Program-made: the position numbers and the translations under genes
In this document: positions 20,088 to 28,528 of the stretch, piece by piece
How positions within the stretch are numbered: the first letter of the stretch is position 1
Layout: the number at the start of each line of letters is the position of its first letter
Notes under the pieces: model-generated
The model's database searches: none
What the model was told of the DNA's origin: nothing
What the model saw: the letters and a program-made list of their open reading frames with translations, nothing else
Source of the DNA: an uncultured Cellvibrionales bacterium
GTDB taxonomy: Bacteria > Pseudomonadota > Gammaproteobacteria > Pseudomonadales > UBA7239
Length of the DNA stretch: 41,226 nt
NCBI GenBank assembly: GCA_937864065.1
Contig: CALMIC010000276.1
Location: 1 to 41,226 of the forward strand
Direction: 5' to 3'

Positions 20088-20107
20088 GAGGACTTGCCGG
20101 GTTGCGC

Positions 20108-20791
20108 TCAGCTGTCTGCCCACATGCGCAGCAGGTTGTGGTAGGTGTTGGTGAGGCGGATGCTGGTATCGCTGTCGCCCTGTTGCTGGCGCAGGTCCAT
20201 GATCGCCATGTCCAGCTCGAACAAGAGCCGGCGCTGGGCATTGTCGCGCACCATGCTCTCCAGCCACATGAACGAGGCGATGCGCGCGCCGCGCGTGACC
20301 GGTTCGACGCGATGGATACTCGAAGACGGATAGAGGATCAGGTCGCCGGCCGGCAACTTGACGCGCTGCTCACCGAAAGTGTCCTCGATGACCAGCTCGC
20401 CGCCGTCATATTCTCCCGGCGCCGACAGGAACAGGGTTGCCGACAGGTCCGAGCGCACGCGGTAGCCGGTGGCAACGTGCGTGCGCATCGCATTATCGGC
20501 ATGGCTGCCAAAAAAATTGCTGCTGCCGCTGTAGCAGTTGAACAGCGGCGGGAAGATCTTTTTCGGCAACGCCGCCGCGTAGAACAGCGCATGACGCAAC
20601 AGCGCATCGAGTACGATTTGCTGCAGGCGCTGTGCCACCGGTGACTGCTCCGGCAGCTGCCGGTTGTTCTTCACCTGCGCCGACTGGCTGCCGGCCGTGG
20701 CACTACCATCAACCCACTCGGCTGTAGCGAGCAGTTCGCGGCAATGCGCGACCTGCTCACTATCCAGCACACACGGCACCTGCAGCAGCAT
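20108..20791 (-). CDS. piuC: Fe(II)/2-oxoglutarate-dependent PKHD-type hydroxylase (PiuC/YbiX)
   Basis: [51 protein letters not shown] and YHNLLRMW motifs. Confidence 0.95.
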   Translation of the reverse strand: MLLQVPCVLDSEQVAHCRELLATAEWVDGSATAGSQSAQVKNNRQLPEQSPVAQRLQQIVLDALLRHALFYAAALPKKIFPPLFNCYSGSSNFFGSHADNAMRTHVATGYRVRSDLSATLFLSAPGEYDGGELVIEDTFGEQRVKLPAGDLILYPSSSIHRVEPVTRGARIASFMWLESMVRDNAQRRLLFELDMAIMDLRQQQGDSDTSIRLTNTYHNLLRMWADS

Positions 20792-20803
20792 GGCATTCCT
20801 CCG

Positions 20804-23068
20804 TCAGAACTTGTAATCGACCTTGAGCTGCATCGTGCGCGGCGCACCCGGCAGCACATGGCCACTGTAGACGCTGTCGTAATACTCCTCGTCCAGCAGG
20901 TTGAACAGGCTGAGCTTCACGGCATAGCCCTTCTGGCTGTACTCGACCATCGCATCCCAGCGCGTGTATGAAGGCACAGCTGCCGTATTGGCCTGGTTGT
21001 TGTACCGTTCACCGACACCATCATAACCGAGGCCAGCGCGCCAGCCGCGACCGAAATCCCAGGTATTCCAGATGCTGAAGGTGTAGTGCGGTGTATTGAC
21101 CGGCTCATAACCCTCGTCCGACGTTTTGACACCAGACGCACTGGTATTCGAGTGCTCGTCGATCTCCGCTTCCATATACGCCGTCGCGGCATAGATTTCC
21201 CATTGCGGCAATGGCCGGCCGACAATTTCCAACTCCAGTGCATCGGTATGGCGCCGTCCGGACAGCACGGCGACATCCACTGCCAGGTCGGTGTTGCGCT
21301 CGTTGGTTTTCTCCGAACGCGACAGCGATGTGCGCAATGACAGGTCGCCATCGAGCAATTCCCATTTCGCTCCGATCTCGGTGTTCAGGCTTTTTTCCGG
21401 CGGCACATCGGAGGTGCGGTCGTCCAGCTGGTACAGCTCGGCTGAAGGGTTGAACGAACTGCCGCGCGAGACGTAGTAAGTGCTGTGTGCATCCGGTTGG
21501 TACAGCAGGCCCAGGCGCCAGCTGTTGACGATGTCCTTGCGCTGCAGGTCGCCGTCCGGCGCCGGACGCTGGTAATCATTTTCCGAATGGTCCCAGCGCG
21601 CACCGGTGAGCAGTTTCCACTGTTCATTGAGGCCAATCACATCCTGGAAGTAGAACGCATAACTGTCACCGGTGTAGTAGTTGTAGATGTCCTTGCCCTT
21701 GTACAGGTAACCATCCGGCAAAGCAGGATTGGTATCCGGGCTCCACCACGGTTCAGCATTCGGGTTGGCCACCCCGGCTGGCAGCGGATTGCTCCAGCGC
21801 CGCGCTTTTTCACGCAGGATCTCGTTGCCGAGCAATAACTGGTGCTCGAACGGACCGGTGCTGAACTGTGTGGTGAAATCGGTCTGGCTGGTGATGGTCT
21901 GCTCTTCACCACCGCGACCCTGGTGGCCACGGCGCACCGCCACGATATTGCTGTAGTCCACCGGGTCGGCCACCGATGCCGGTTGGTCAAGGATCAGGCG
22001 CGGCGCCACCGCCCACAGGTCGCGCTTGTAATCCGCTGCGCGCAGTTTTGTCGTCAACTCGGTGTCTTCGCTGAAACGGTGTGTGTAGGTGGCGGTGGTG
22101 ATGTCCGTGTCGTTGCGCTCGTAATCGATGGCGCTCATGCCGTAGTAGGTATCGCGGTCGACCTTCAGCGGCTCACCCTTGAATTCACCCAGCACATCAC
22201 TGCCATTGGCAGCCCGTGTGGCACCATCCGGATCCAGCAGCGGGATGCCCATGTCCGGGATATTGTCTTCCTGCAGGTGGAAATGCGACAGCGTCAGTTC
22301 ATTGTCAGTTCCGATACCGAAGCTGATCGACGGCGCCACACCCGAGCGCTCGCCATGCACCTCATCACGGAAGCTGTCGGTGTCGGTGTACATGCCGTTG
22401 ATGCGAATCGCGGTGGTTTCGCCAATCTGCTGGTTGATGTCAGCTGTGTAACGCTGGTAGCCGTAGCTGCCCTGTGTGGTGCTGACCGTGTTGCGGTCGG
22501 CCAGCAGCGGCTGCTTGCTGACCTGGTTGATCACGCCACCGGTCGAGCCGCGCCCGAACAGCATCGATGATGACCCGCGCAGCACATCGATCTGTTCCAG
22601 GTTGAAGGTTTCGCGATTGTACTGCGCCATGTCGCGCATGCCATCGAGGTAGAGATCGCCGACAGCCGAGTAACCACGAATGGTGATGTTGTCGCCGATG
22701 CGGCCGCCTTCGCCGGCATTGAAGGTAAGGCCAGCGACATTGCGCAGGGCCTCCTTGAAGGTATCGGCATTGCGATCCGCCATCAGCTTGTTGGTGATGA
22801 CCGTGACCGACTGCGGAATGTCCTTGGGTAGCTGGTCGATCTTGCCGACTTTCGTCTTGCCGCCTTGGTAGCTCACCTCGGCCGGCGTGCGGTCAGCCGT
22901 GTCGCGCACATGCACGGTTTCCAGTGTGCTGCTGTCGTCTTCTGCTGCTGAGGCCGGTTCGGCCGGCACTTGCTGCGCCTGCAGCAGCTGGCCGAAAGTC
23001 AGGCCACACAACATGGCACCGAGGGGGAGGATTTTGTGATCATTGAACTTGCGATTGACGGATTTCAT
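20804..23068 (-). CDS. TonB-dependent siderophore receptor, Fiu/PiuA-like
   Basis: Start placed at ATG 23068 after GGAG. TonB box LETVHV, DIPQSVTVI, ALRNVAGLTFNAGEGG, FNLEQIDVLRG.SSMLFGRGSTGGVINQVSK, terminal YKF; followed by piuC. Confidence 0.93.
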   Translation of the reverse strand: MKSVNRKFNDHKILPLGAMLCGLTFGQLLQAQQVPAEPASAAEDDSSTLETVHVRDTADRTPAEVSYQGGKTKVGKIDQLPKDIPQSVTVITNKLMADRNADTFKEALRNVAGLTFNAGEGGRIGDNITIRGYSAVGDLYLDGMRDMAQYNRETFNLEQIDVLRGSSSMLFGRGSTGGVINQVSKQPLLADRNTVSTTQGSYGYQRYTADINQQIGETTAIRINGMYTDTDSFRDEVHGERSGVAPSISFGIGTDNELTLSHFHLQEDNIPDMGIPLLDPDGATRAANGSDVLGEFKGEPLKVDRDTYYGMSAIDYERNDTDITTATYTHRFSEDTELTTKLRAADYKRDLWAVAPRLILDQPASVADPVDYSNIVAVRRGHQGRGGEEQTITSQTDFTTQFSTGPFEHQLLLGNEILREKARRWSNPLPAGVANPNAEPWWSPDTNPALPDGYLYKGKDIYNYYTGDSYAFYFQDVIGLNEQWKLLTGARWDHSENDYQRPAPDGDLQRKDIVNSWRLGLLYQPDAHSTYYVSRGSSFNPSAELYQLDDRTSDVPPEKSLNTEIGAKWELLDGDLSLRTSLSRSEKTNERNTDLAVDVAVLSGRRHTDALELEIVGRPLPQWEIYAATAYMEAEIDEHSNTSASGVKTSDEGYEPVNTPHYTFSIWNTWDFGRGWRAGLGYDGVGERYNNQANTAAVPSYTRWDAMVEYSQKGYAVKLSLFNLLDEEYYDSVYSGHVLPGAPRTMQLKVDYKF

Positions 23069-23084
23069 TGATGGCTCCAACCAT

Positions 23085-23116
23085 AAAAAAACGGGGTGTA
23101 TGGCTGGCTACTCCCG
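23085..23116 (-). terminator. Putative leader terminator (attenuator) in the 5' UTR of the PiuA-like receptor
   Basis: mRNA CGGG-A-GUA-(GCCAGCCA)-UAC-AC-CCCG followed by U7, ending 16 nt before the start codon. The stem is modest and has an internal loop. Confidence 0.55.
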
Positions 23117-23126
23117 GCATGGCGCG

Positions 23127-23142
23127 GGCTGGCTGGCTGGCT
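23127..23142 (-). repeat. (AGCC)4 tandem tetranucleotide box in the receptor leader
   Basis: Plus strand GGCTGGCTGGCTGGCT; a second (AGCC)2 copy lies at 23102-23109. Confidence 0.9.
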
Positions 23143-23151
23143 TTATTGGGC

Positions 23152-23170
23152 GACAATGATAACTATTATT
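23152..23170. promoter_or_regulatory. Fur box 1
   Basis: GACAATGATAACTATTATT, 15/19 match to GATAATGATAATCATTATC; overlaps the -10 (TATCAT, 23156-23161, minus strand) of a TTGAAA-16 nt-TATCAT promoter for the receptor. Confidence 0.85.
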
Positions 23171-23181
23171 ATTTAATTTTC

Positions 23182-23200
23182 AATAATGAGATTCATTATT
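23182..23200. promoter_or_regulatory. Fur box 2
   Basis: AATAATGAGATTCATTATT, 15/19 match to the consensus and a perfect 8-3-8 inverted repeat. Confidence 0.85.
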
Positions 23201-23201
23201 A

Positions 23202-23240
23202 TTTACAGGTGCGGGTTAGTTATATATGATAATCATTCAC
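23202..23240 (+). promoter_or_regulatory. sigma70 promoter of the Cys-rich orphan, overlapped by Fur box 3
   Basis: TTTACA (23202-23207)-17 nt-TATGAT (23225-23230); ATATATGATAATCATTCAC (23222-23240) matches the Fur consensus at 13/19 with an intact ATGATAATCATT core. Confidence 0.65.
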
Positions 23241-23269
23241 ATTTGAGATATCCCCACGAGGCCTTGTCC

Positions 23270-23815
23270 ATGCACACACCCGATACCCAGCCTTATCCCG
23301 TTGACACCACCGTCCATGAACTCGGCGCCAGCGAACGGCTGATGCTGATGACCTTGCGCCTGTGGGCCATGCCCCATCATAGCCCGCACAAGCAGTGCCC
23401 GGATTGGCGCACCGGTCTGTACCAGTGTGGCGCAGGCGATCAGGCATGTGTCGCGATGGACGCACTGATGAACATCCTGCTCTCCTACAGCGAGCGCCTG
23501 ATGGATGTTCGCTGCACCTGCAATACCCGCCTGGGAATCGATGAAGGCTGCTTCCTGCAAATGCTGGCAATGTTGCAGGACAATCGGCATCAGGCAGCGC
23601 AGGCCATTCTGGCCGACTGGGTGCCACTGCCGGTGCAGGGCATGGCCGTACTCTGCGCCATCCATCTGGCAGAAGCACTGCGCAGGGCAGAGGTACTGAT
23701 CCCACTGTTTTCGCGCCAGCCGGCGCAGGTGTTCCGGTTCGAGGAATTCCGGTTCAGGCGCCTGCAGCAGGCCGACGACGCTTGCGCGACCAGATCAGGA
23801 CACCGGTTGCACTGA
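23270..23815 (+). CDS. Hypothetical Cys/His-rich protein, probably Fur-regulated
   Basis: ATG 23270 with GAGG upstream; own promoter and Fur box; helical protein with the motif RCTCNTRLGIDEGCF. The ORF-track start at 23186 lies inside Fur box 2 and is unlikely. Confidence 0.7.
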   Translation: MHTPDTQPYPVDTTVHELGASERLMLMTLRLWAMPHHSPHKQCPDWRTGLYQCGAGDQACVAMDALMNILLSYSERLMDVRCTCNTRLGIDEGCFLQMLAMLQDNRHQAAQAILADWVPLPVQGMAVLCAIHLAEALRRAEVLIPLFSRQPAQVFRFEEFRFRRLQQADDACATRSGHRLH

Positions 23816-24929
23816 AACCGGCCACCGCCAATCCCAGCAGCGAAACGAGAATCCTGCCGGGCAGGCCGGCGATGCGCCCGGAATGCAGCGGGAACTGCGC
23901 CTGCAGGAAGATATCGCCGGCACTGCCCTGTCCTGGCACGGCATCCCCGAGTAAACGGCCATCCTGGCCATCAAGATAAAGCCACGGATGGCCGAGTCCC
24001 GCGCCATGCTCGTCGCCGGCCTCATGGAAACCGACCCCATACAGCCCGAACTCCACTGAATAGAACAGCGCACCGGGGGGCGCCGTCCAGCCCCGCTGCT
24101 GGGCTTCCACTTGCGCCAGCCTGACAGCCTCTTCGCGTGGAATGCGAGGCAAGATCGGGTTTTCTGTTGCGTTCGGCGTTCGCGAAGCAAACGGGCTGGG
24201 TGTGAGATCTGACACCAGCGCGACCAGAGGCCGCGTAACCCGCTGTTCCAGATTCATCGACACCGACGTCACTGCCAACATAAGCAACAGCAACCACAAC
24301 CACACGCCGCCGGAGCGGTGCAGATCAAAGATCACAACGTTGCGCCCCTTGTGCCAGCGGAACGCAAAGGATTTGCGCCAACTGCGACGACGTGGAAACG
24401 AGATCGACAGGGCGATGCCACTGTCGATGAGCCACACGATTGCCACAATGCCCATAAACAGCACGCCTAGCTCGATGCCAAAACCGTCAGGCATGTGCAG
24501 GCTGTAATGCAGCTTATAGAGAAATGGCAACAAGTTTTCGCGCGACAGGGAAACGGCTCCCCACTCACGCGAAGCCTGGACCGCACCGGTCACAGGATTC
24601 AATGCAAGCTGGTTGAAGCCCGTGTCGTACAGCATGCCTGTTGCAGGATTGACCATACGGTCGACAAACACCGTCAACGCATGGCCTTCCTCGTGGTGCA
24701 ACGGCAGGAAACTAATTTGCAGACGCGGATCCGTTGCTTCCAACTGGTTAGCCAGTGCCAGCGGCGACATGCGCTCACCGGGCGTCTCCGAATCGAACAG
24801 TTGCGGATTCAGCCATTCATCCAGCTCGTGATCCCACGAGATCACGGCACCGGTCAGCCCGGCAATAAAAAGAAACACGGCGGTAAACAATCCCAGCCAG
24901 CGATGCAACAACACCAAGACCTGACGCAT
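23754..24929 (-). CDS. PepSY-associated TM helix domain protein (iron-regulated membrane protein)
   Basis: LHRWLGL...AGLTGA, LYKLHYSLH, FDLHRSGG and PLHSG His-containing TM motifs; directly downstream of a siderophore receptor. Confidence 0.92.
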   Translation of the reverse strand: MRQVLVLLHRWLGLFTAVFLFIAGLTGAVISWDHELDEWLNPQLFDSETPGERMSPLALANQLEATDPRLQISFLPLHHEEGHALTVFVDRMVNPATGMLYDTGFNQLALNPVTGAVQASREWGAVSLSRENLLPFLYKLHYSLHMPDGFGIELGVLFMGIVAIVWLIDSGIALSISFPRRRSWRKSFAFRWHKGRNVVIFDLHRSGGVWLWLLLLMLAVTSVSMNLEQRVTRPLVALVSDLTPSPFASRTPNATENPILPRIPREEAVRLAQVEAQQRGWTAPPGALFYSVEFGLYGVGFHEAGDEHGAGLGHPWLYLDGQDGRLLGDAVPGQGSAGDIFLQAQFPLHSGRIAGLPGRILVSLLGLAVAGFSATGVLIWSRKRRRPAAGA

Positions 24930-24939
24930 ACAGCGCTGC

Positions 24940-27072
24940 TCAATATTTCCAGGTCAGTGACGCCATCACATTGCGCGGCTCACCATAATATGCCTGGCTC
25001 CAGTTGAGGCTGTTGAGATATTTCTCGTTGGTCAGGTTGTTCAGGTTCAGCGATACATTCAGGCTTTTTGTGATGTCATATGAGACAAACGCATCCACCA
25101 GCAGGTAACTGTCCTGCCCGTACAGATCATCCGGCCCCTTGACGGTATCTTGCCAATCGAAGCTCGCGCCTACTTTCACCACCTCCAGTTGCGGCAAACG
25201 ATAGCTGAACGCACTGCGCAACATGCGTTTCGGGATATAGGCACGGACGTCAGGGCCTGCGCCGGCATCATCGATATCGAGTTGCGTATAGCCGATAGTC
25301 GCTTCCAGCCCCGGCAACAGCTCACCCGCCAGCTCGGCTTCAAAACCCTGGCTGAAAAAATCATCCGCGGAATACACGGCCTCTGGCGCGCCACTCTCGT
25401 TCGCGACATAGGTATCCCATTCGGCCAGACCGAGATACTTCGCATCGAAAACCGCAAAACTGGCATTGAGGCGATCTTCAAACCAGGCCGCTTTTAGGCC
25501 GATTTCCTTGCTGTCACCCTCTGTGGGTGCCAAGCGTTGCAGATTCCTGTTGCGCTCACCTTGCGGCATGAAGGTCTCGGTGTAACTCGCATAGGCCGAC
25601 CAGGTATCGTTGATGTCGTAGACCAGACCGGCATACGGGATCACGCGGCCGGTTTCTTTCGCCGATTGCGGCACACCGTAGCTATCGCCATCACTTTGCC
25701 AGTTGACCACGCGCGCGCCGGCCATCAGCGCCAGCGGATCAGCAAGGCGGAAACGGCCGGCAAGATACGCGCCAGTTTCCTCGTCCGTGAAATCGGAACC
25801 ATCGCCCGGTGTGGCAAAATTCGGCCGCACAACGTTGCCTTTCCAGTGATTGAAATTGCCAATGGCGGGAAAGCCATAGCCTGGGTCCGTGAATTCATCC
25901 TGCTGCAAATCCGATTGTGCATGGCTCACTCCGGCTACCACCTCGTGTTCCTGGCCGCCCAAGGTGAATTTGCCGATGGTGTACAGATCAAACATATTCT
26001 GTTCTAGTGCAGTCTCGTAGCGGCCCGGCCAGCCGAACATGCCCTGCCCTGTCGACATATCGACAGCACCGAACTGGTAAAAAAGTTCAGATGTATCGTC
26101 ATTATTGACATGACGATAGACAGTCATGAGCTTCCAGTCTTCATTGAAATCATGCACCAGTTCGACAAACAGATTGTCCTCGGTGGTATCCCAGAACGAC
26201 CAGTCAGCCGATGTGCTCATCGATTCATCAAAATCCGTCTGCACACCGTTGCTGTACGTCATTGGCAACGCGCCCCACATCGGGCTGTTTGAGCGCGTGT
26301 CCTCGCGGCTCGCACCCAGCGTTAGCACCGTGTTGTCGGTCATTCTGAAATCGGTCACACCGTACAACACGGTCTTGTCCTGGCCGTAATTATCGAGGTA
26401 AGAACCCTTGGTCTGCTGCACCAGCACGGCGCGACCACCCCAACGGTCGGTGATCGCGCCTGACACATCGCCTTCCAGCCGGTAGTTATCCCACGATCCC
26501 ACTGAAGTCGTTGCAGAAACCTGGAAGGTATCGGTCGGCCGCTTGCGCACCATGTTGACCGTAGCCGATGGATTGCCAGCGCCGGACATCAGGCCCGATG
26601 CGCCACGCACCACTTCCACGCGATCATAGAGCGCCGTGTCGGCATTACCGTAATCGATCGTGTAAGTCAGTGGCACACCGAGCCTGTCCTGCTGGAAATT
26701 GGTGATCTCGAATCCGCGAGCGGTGTAGTACACACGATCCGTCTCGATCTGCTCCACCGTTACACCGGTGGTGCCTTCCAGTACATCGTTGATGCCGGTC
26801 AGCCGGAAATCATCCATGTGAGTACGCGTCACCACCGACACCGATTGCGGCGTCTCGCGCACGGACAGATCCATCTTCGTCGCGGTCTTCATTTCGCCGG
26901 TGGTGTACGACTGCGTCTGCTCAGTTGTTTCGCCAAGGCCGGTCGCAGTGACCGTCACGACCTCCAACTGACGGACTGCCGCATCATCGGCAGCCTGCGC
27001 TTGGACAGCGCAGATTGCCAACGCCAGTGCACTGGCAGGAAACAGGAAATTCTGGCGAAAAAAAACATTCAT
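24940..27072 (-). CDS. TonB-dependent siderophore receptor, FhuE/FpvA-like (no N-terminal signalling extension)
   Basis: Signal peptide, TonB box [61 protein letters not shown] and YGEPRN motifs, terminal WKY. Confidence 0.94.
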   Translation of the reverse strand: MNVFFRQNFLFPASALALAICAVQAQAADDAAVRQLEVVTVTATGLGETTEQTQSYTTGEMKTATKMDLSVRETPQSVSVVTRTHMDDFRLTGINDVLEGTTGVTVEQIETDRVYYTARGFEITNFQQDRLGVPLTYTIDYGNADTALYDRVEVVRGASGLMSGAGNPSATVNMVRKRPTDTFQVSATTSVGSWDNYRLEGDVSGAITDRWGGRAVLVQQTKGSYLDNYGQDKTVLYGVTDFRMTDNTVLTLGASREDTRSNSPMWGALPMTYSNGVQTDFDESMSTSADWSFWDTTEDNLFVELVHDFNEDWKLMTVYRHVNNDDTSELFYQFGAVDMSTGQGMFGWPGRYETALEQNMFDLYTIGKFTLGGQEHEVVAGVSHAQSDLQQDEFTDPGYGFPAIGNFNHWKGNVVRPNFATPGDGSDFTDEETGAYLAGRFRLADPLALMAGARVVNWQSDGDSYGVPQSAKETGRVIPYAGLVYDINDTWSAYASYTETFMPQGERNRNLQRLAPTEGDSKEIGLKAAWFEDRLNASFAVFDAKYLGLAEWDTYVANESGAPEAVYSADDFFSQGFEAELAGELLPGLEATIGYTQLDIDDAGAGPDVRAYIPKRMLRSAFSYRLPQLEVVKVGASFDWQDTVKGPDDLYGQDSYLLVDAFVSYDITKSLNVSLNLNNLTNEKYLNSLNWSQAYYGEPRNVMASLTWKY

Positions 27073-27085
27073 GGCGCAACACCTC

Positions 27086-27163
27086 GGCAGTCAGATCTTG
27101 TATGAAAGATGGCTGGCTGCCTGGCGCTGCAACAATGGCAGGGAAGCTAGGTGGCTTGCGGTT
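27086..27163 (-). promoter_or_regulatory. Structured 5' leader of the FhuE-like receptor containing the AGCCAGCCAU box
   Basis: Same 10-mer as in the other receptor leader (plus strand ATGGCTGGCT at 27109-27118 and 23100-23109). A 13-bp interrupted stem at 27086-27121 abuts the SD GAGG (27082-27085). Confidence 0.6.
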
Positions 27164-27204
27164 GTTCAAACATCCTTATCGGCTTGTCCTGCAAAGCAAT
27201 TAAA

Positions 27205-27363
27205 TTATTTAGTGAGAATCAGCTTGTTCTCGCGCGTGATGCGCAGCAGGTAGCGCTGGCCTGCGTGTTCGATACAGAGCGTGCGCGCCCCACGGAACAA
27301 CTGTTCCGAGGTCACACTGAGCATGGCATCGGCAGCCACAGGCGGCAGTTTGTCACTGGCCAT
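27205..27363 (-). CDS. hemP: Hemin uptake protein HemP/HmuP
   Basis: SEQLFRG.R...IEH.GQRY.LRITRENKLILTK signature; ATG 27363 overlaps the end of exbD. Confidence 0.93.
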   Translation of the reverse strand: MASDKLPPVAADAMLSVTSEQLFRGARTLCIEHAGQRYLLRITRENKLILTK

Positions 27364-27799
27364 CGGCAACTCCCGCAGCCTGCACGCCACCGCCGGGCAA
27401 CATGACAAAGCCCATCTTGCTGACTCCGGCCTGTTTCACTTCGGCCATCACCTGCGCCACGCGCTCGTAGCGCACATCCTTGTCCGCCATCAGGTGCAGT
27501 TCCGGCTGCGGCTGGCGCGCTGCAATCTCGGCCAGCCGCAACTGCAGGCTATCGTCAGCCATGCTTTCTGTGTTCCAGCTCAATCGCCCATCGGCGGCAA
27601 TGGCGAGGCTCACCACCTCCGGTTTCTGCTCCGTCACACTACCTGCCGCTTTCGGAAGGTTAACCGTAACCGATTGCGTGATCAGTGGCGCACAGACGAT
27701 GAAGATAATCAGCAACACCAGCATCACATCGACCAGCGGCGTCATGTTGATTTCCGCCATCGGCTGCGCATTACCCTGTTCAAAACTGCCGAAAGCCAT
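27353..27799 (-). CDS. exbD: Biopolymer transport protein ExbD
   Basis: AEINMTPLVDVMLVLLIIF and ADKDVRYERV motifs. Confidence 0.96.
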   Translation of the reverse strand: MAFGSFEQGNAQPMAEINMTPLVDVMLVLLIIFIVCAPLITQSVTVNLPKAAGSVTEQKPEVVSLAIAADGRLSWNTESMADDSLQLRLAEIAARQPQPELHLMADKDVRYERVAQVMAEVKQAGVSKMGFVMLPGGGVQAAGVADGQ

Positions 27800-28512
27800 C
27801 AGCGCTTCTCCACCGCTTTCAGCGCCGGCTGGGGCTGCGAGGAACCCAATGTGAAATACATCAGCAGGTCGTGCGCAAAGCCGTCCAGGTCGGCCACCAC
27901 CAGCCGCTGCACACGGTTGAACGCGTTGTAACCCAGCACGGCAGGAATGGCGACGAACAGCCCAATCGCCGTCATGATCAATGCCTCACCGACCGGGCCA
28001 GCCACCTTGTCCAGCGTAGCCTGGCCGGTCATGCCGATCGCCGCCAGTGCGTGGTAAATCCCCCACACCGTGCCGAACAGGCCCACGAACGGCGACACCG
28101 ACCCGATCGAGGCGAGGAACACCTGGCCGCGCTCGAGATCCGCCGAGGCGCGGTTGAGCGCCTGGCGCAAGGCGCGGGTGACGATTTCGGTGAGCGACAG
28201 CTGCGAATCGAGATGCGCCTGCATGCCGGAGCGGTGGCTCTGGTAGTGCTCCACGGCATTGCGGCCGTGTTCCACCAGCAGGCGAAATGGTAGCATTCGC
28301 GCCAGCTCTTGCAGGCCGGCGTCAAGATCCTGCGCCTGCCAGAAGCGGTCGAGCGCACCGCTGTTGCCATGCTGCCACCATGCCATCTGCACGCTTTTGG
28401 CGAGGATGATCGCCCAGCTCACCACCGACATCGCCAGCAGCAGGATCAGCACCGCGTGCGACACCGCATCACCCTGCTGCCAGAAAGTGACCAGATCCAG
28501 ATTGAATGTCAT
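27799..28512 (-). CDS. exbB: ExbB (MotA/TolQ/ExbB proton channel)
   Basis: Start ATG 28512 after GAGG. LASIGSVSPFVGLFGTVWGI and VGEALIMTAIGLFVAIPAV motifs. Confidence 0.96.
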   Translation of the reverse strand: MTFNLDLVTFWQQGDAVSHAVLILLLAMSVVSWAIILAKSVQMAWWQHGNSGALDRFWQAQDLDAGLQELARMLPFRLLVEHGRNAVEHYQSHRSGMQAHLDSQLSLTEIVTRALRQALNRASADLERGQVFLASIGSVSPFVGLFGTVWGIYHALAAIGMTGQATLDKVAGPVGEALIMTAIGLFVAIPAVLGYNAFNRVQRLVVADLDGFAHDLLMYFTLGSSQPQPALKAVEKR

Positions 28513-28528
28513 TGCCTGTTTACCTCGT

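Noticed and set aside
27186-27210. AT-rich patch at the hemP stop as a possible Fur box
   Set aside because: Poor match to the 19-bp consensus compared with the four boxes reported.
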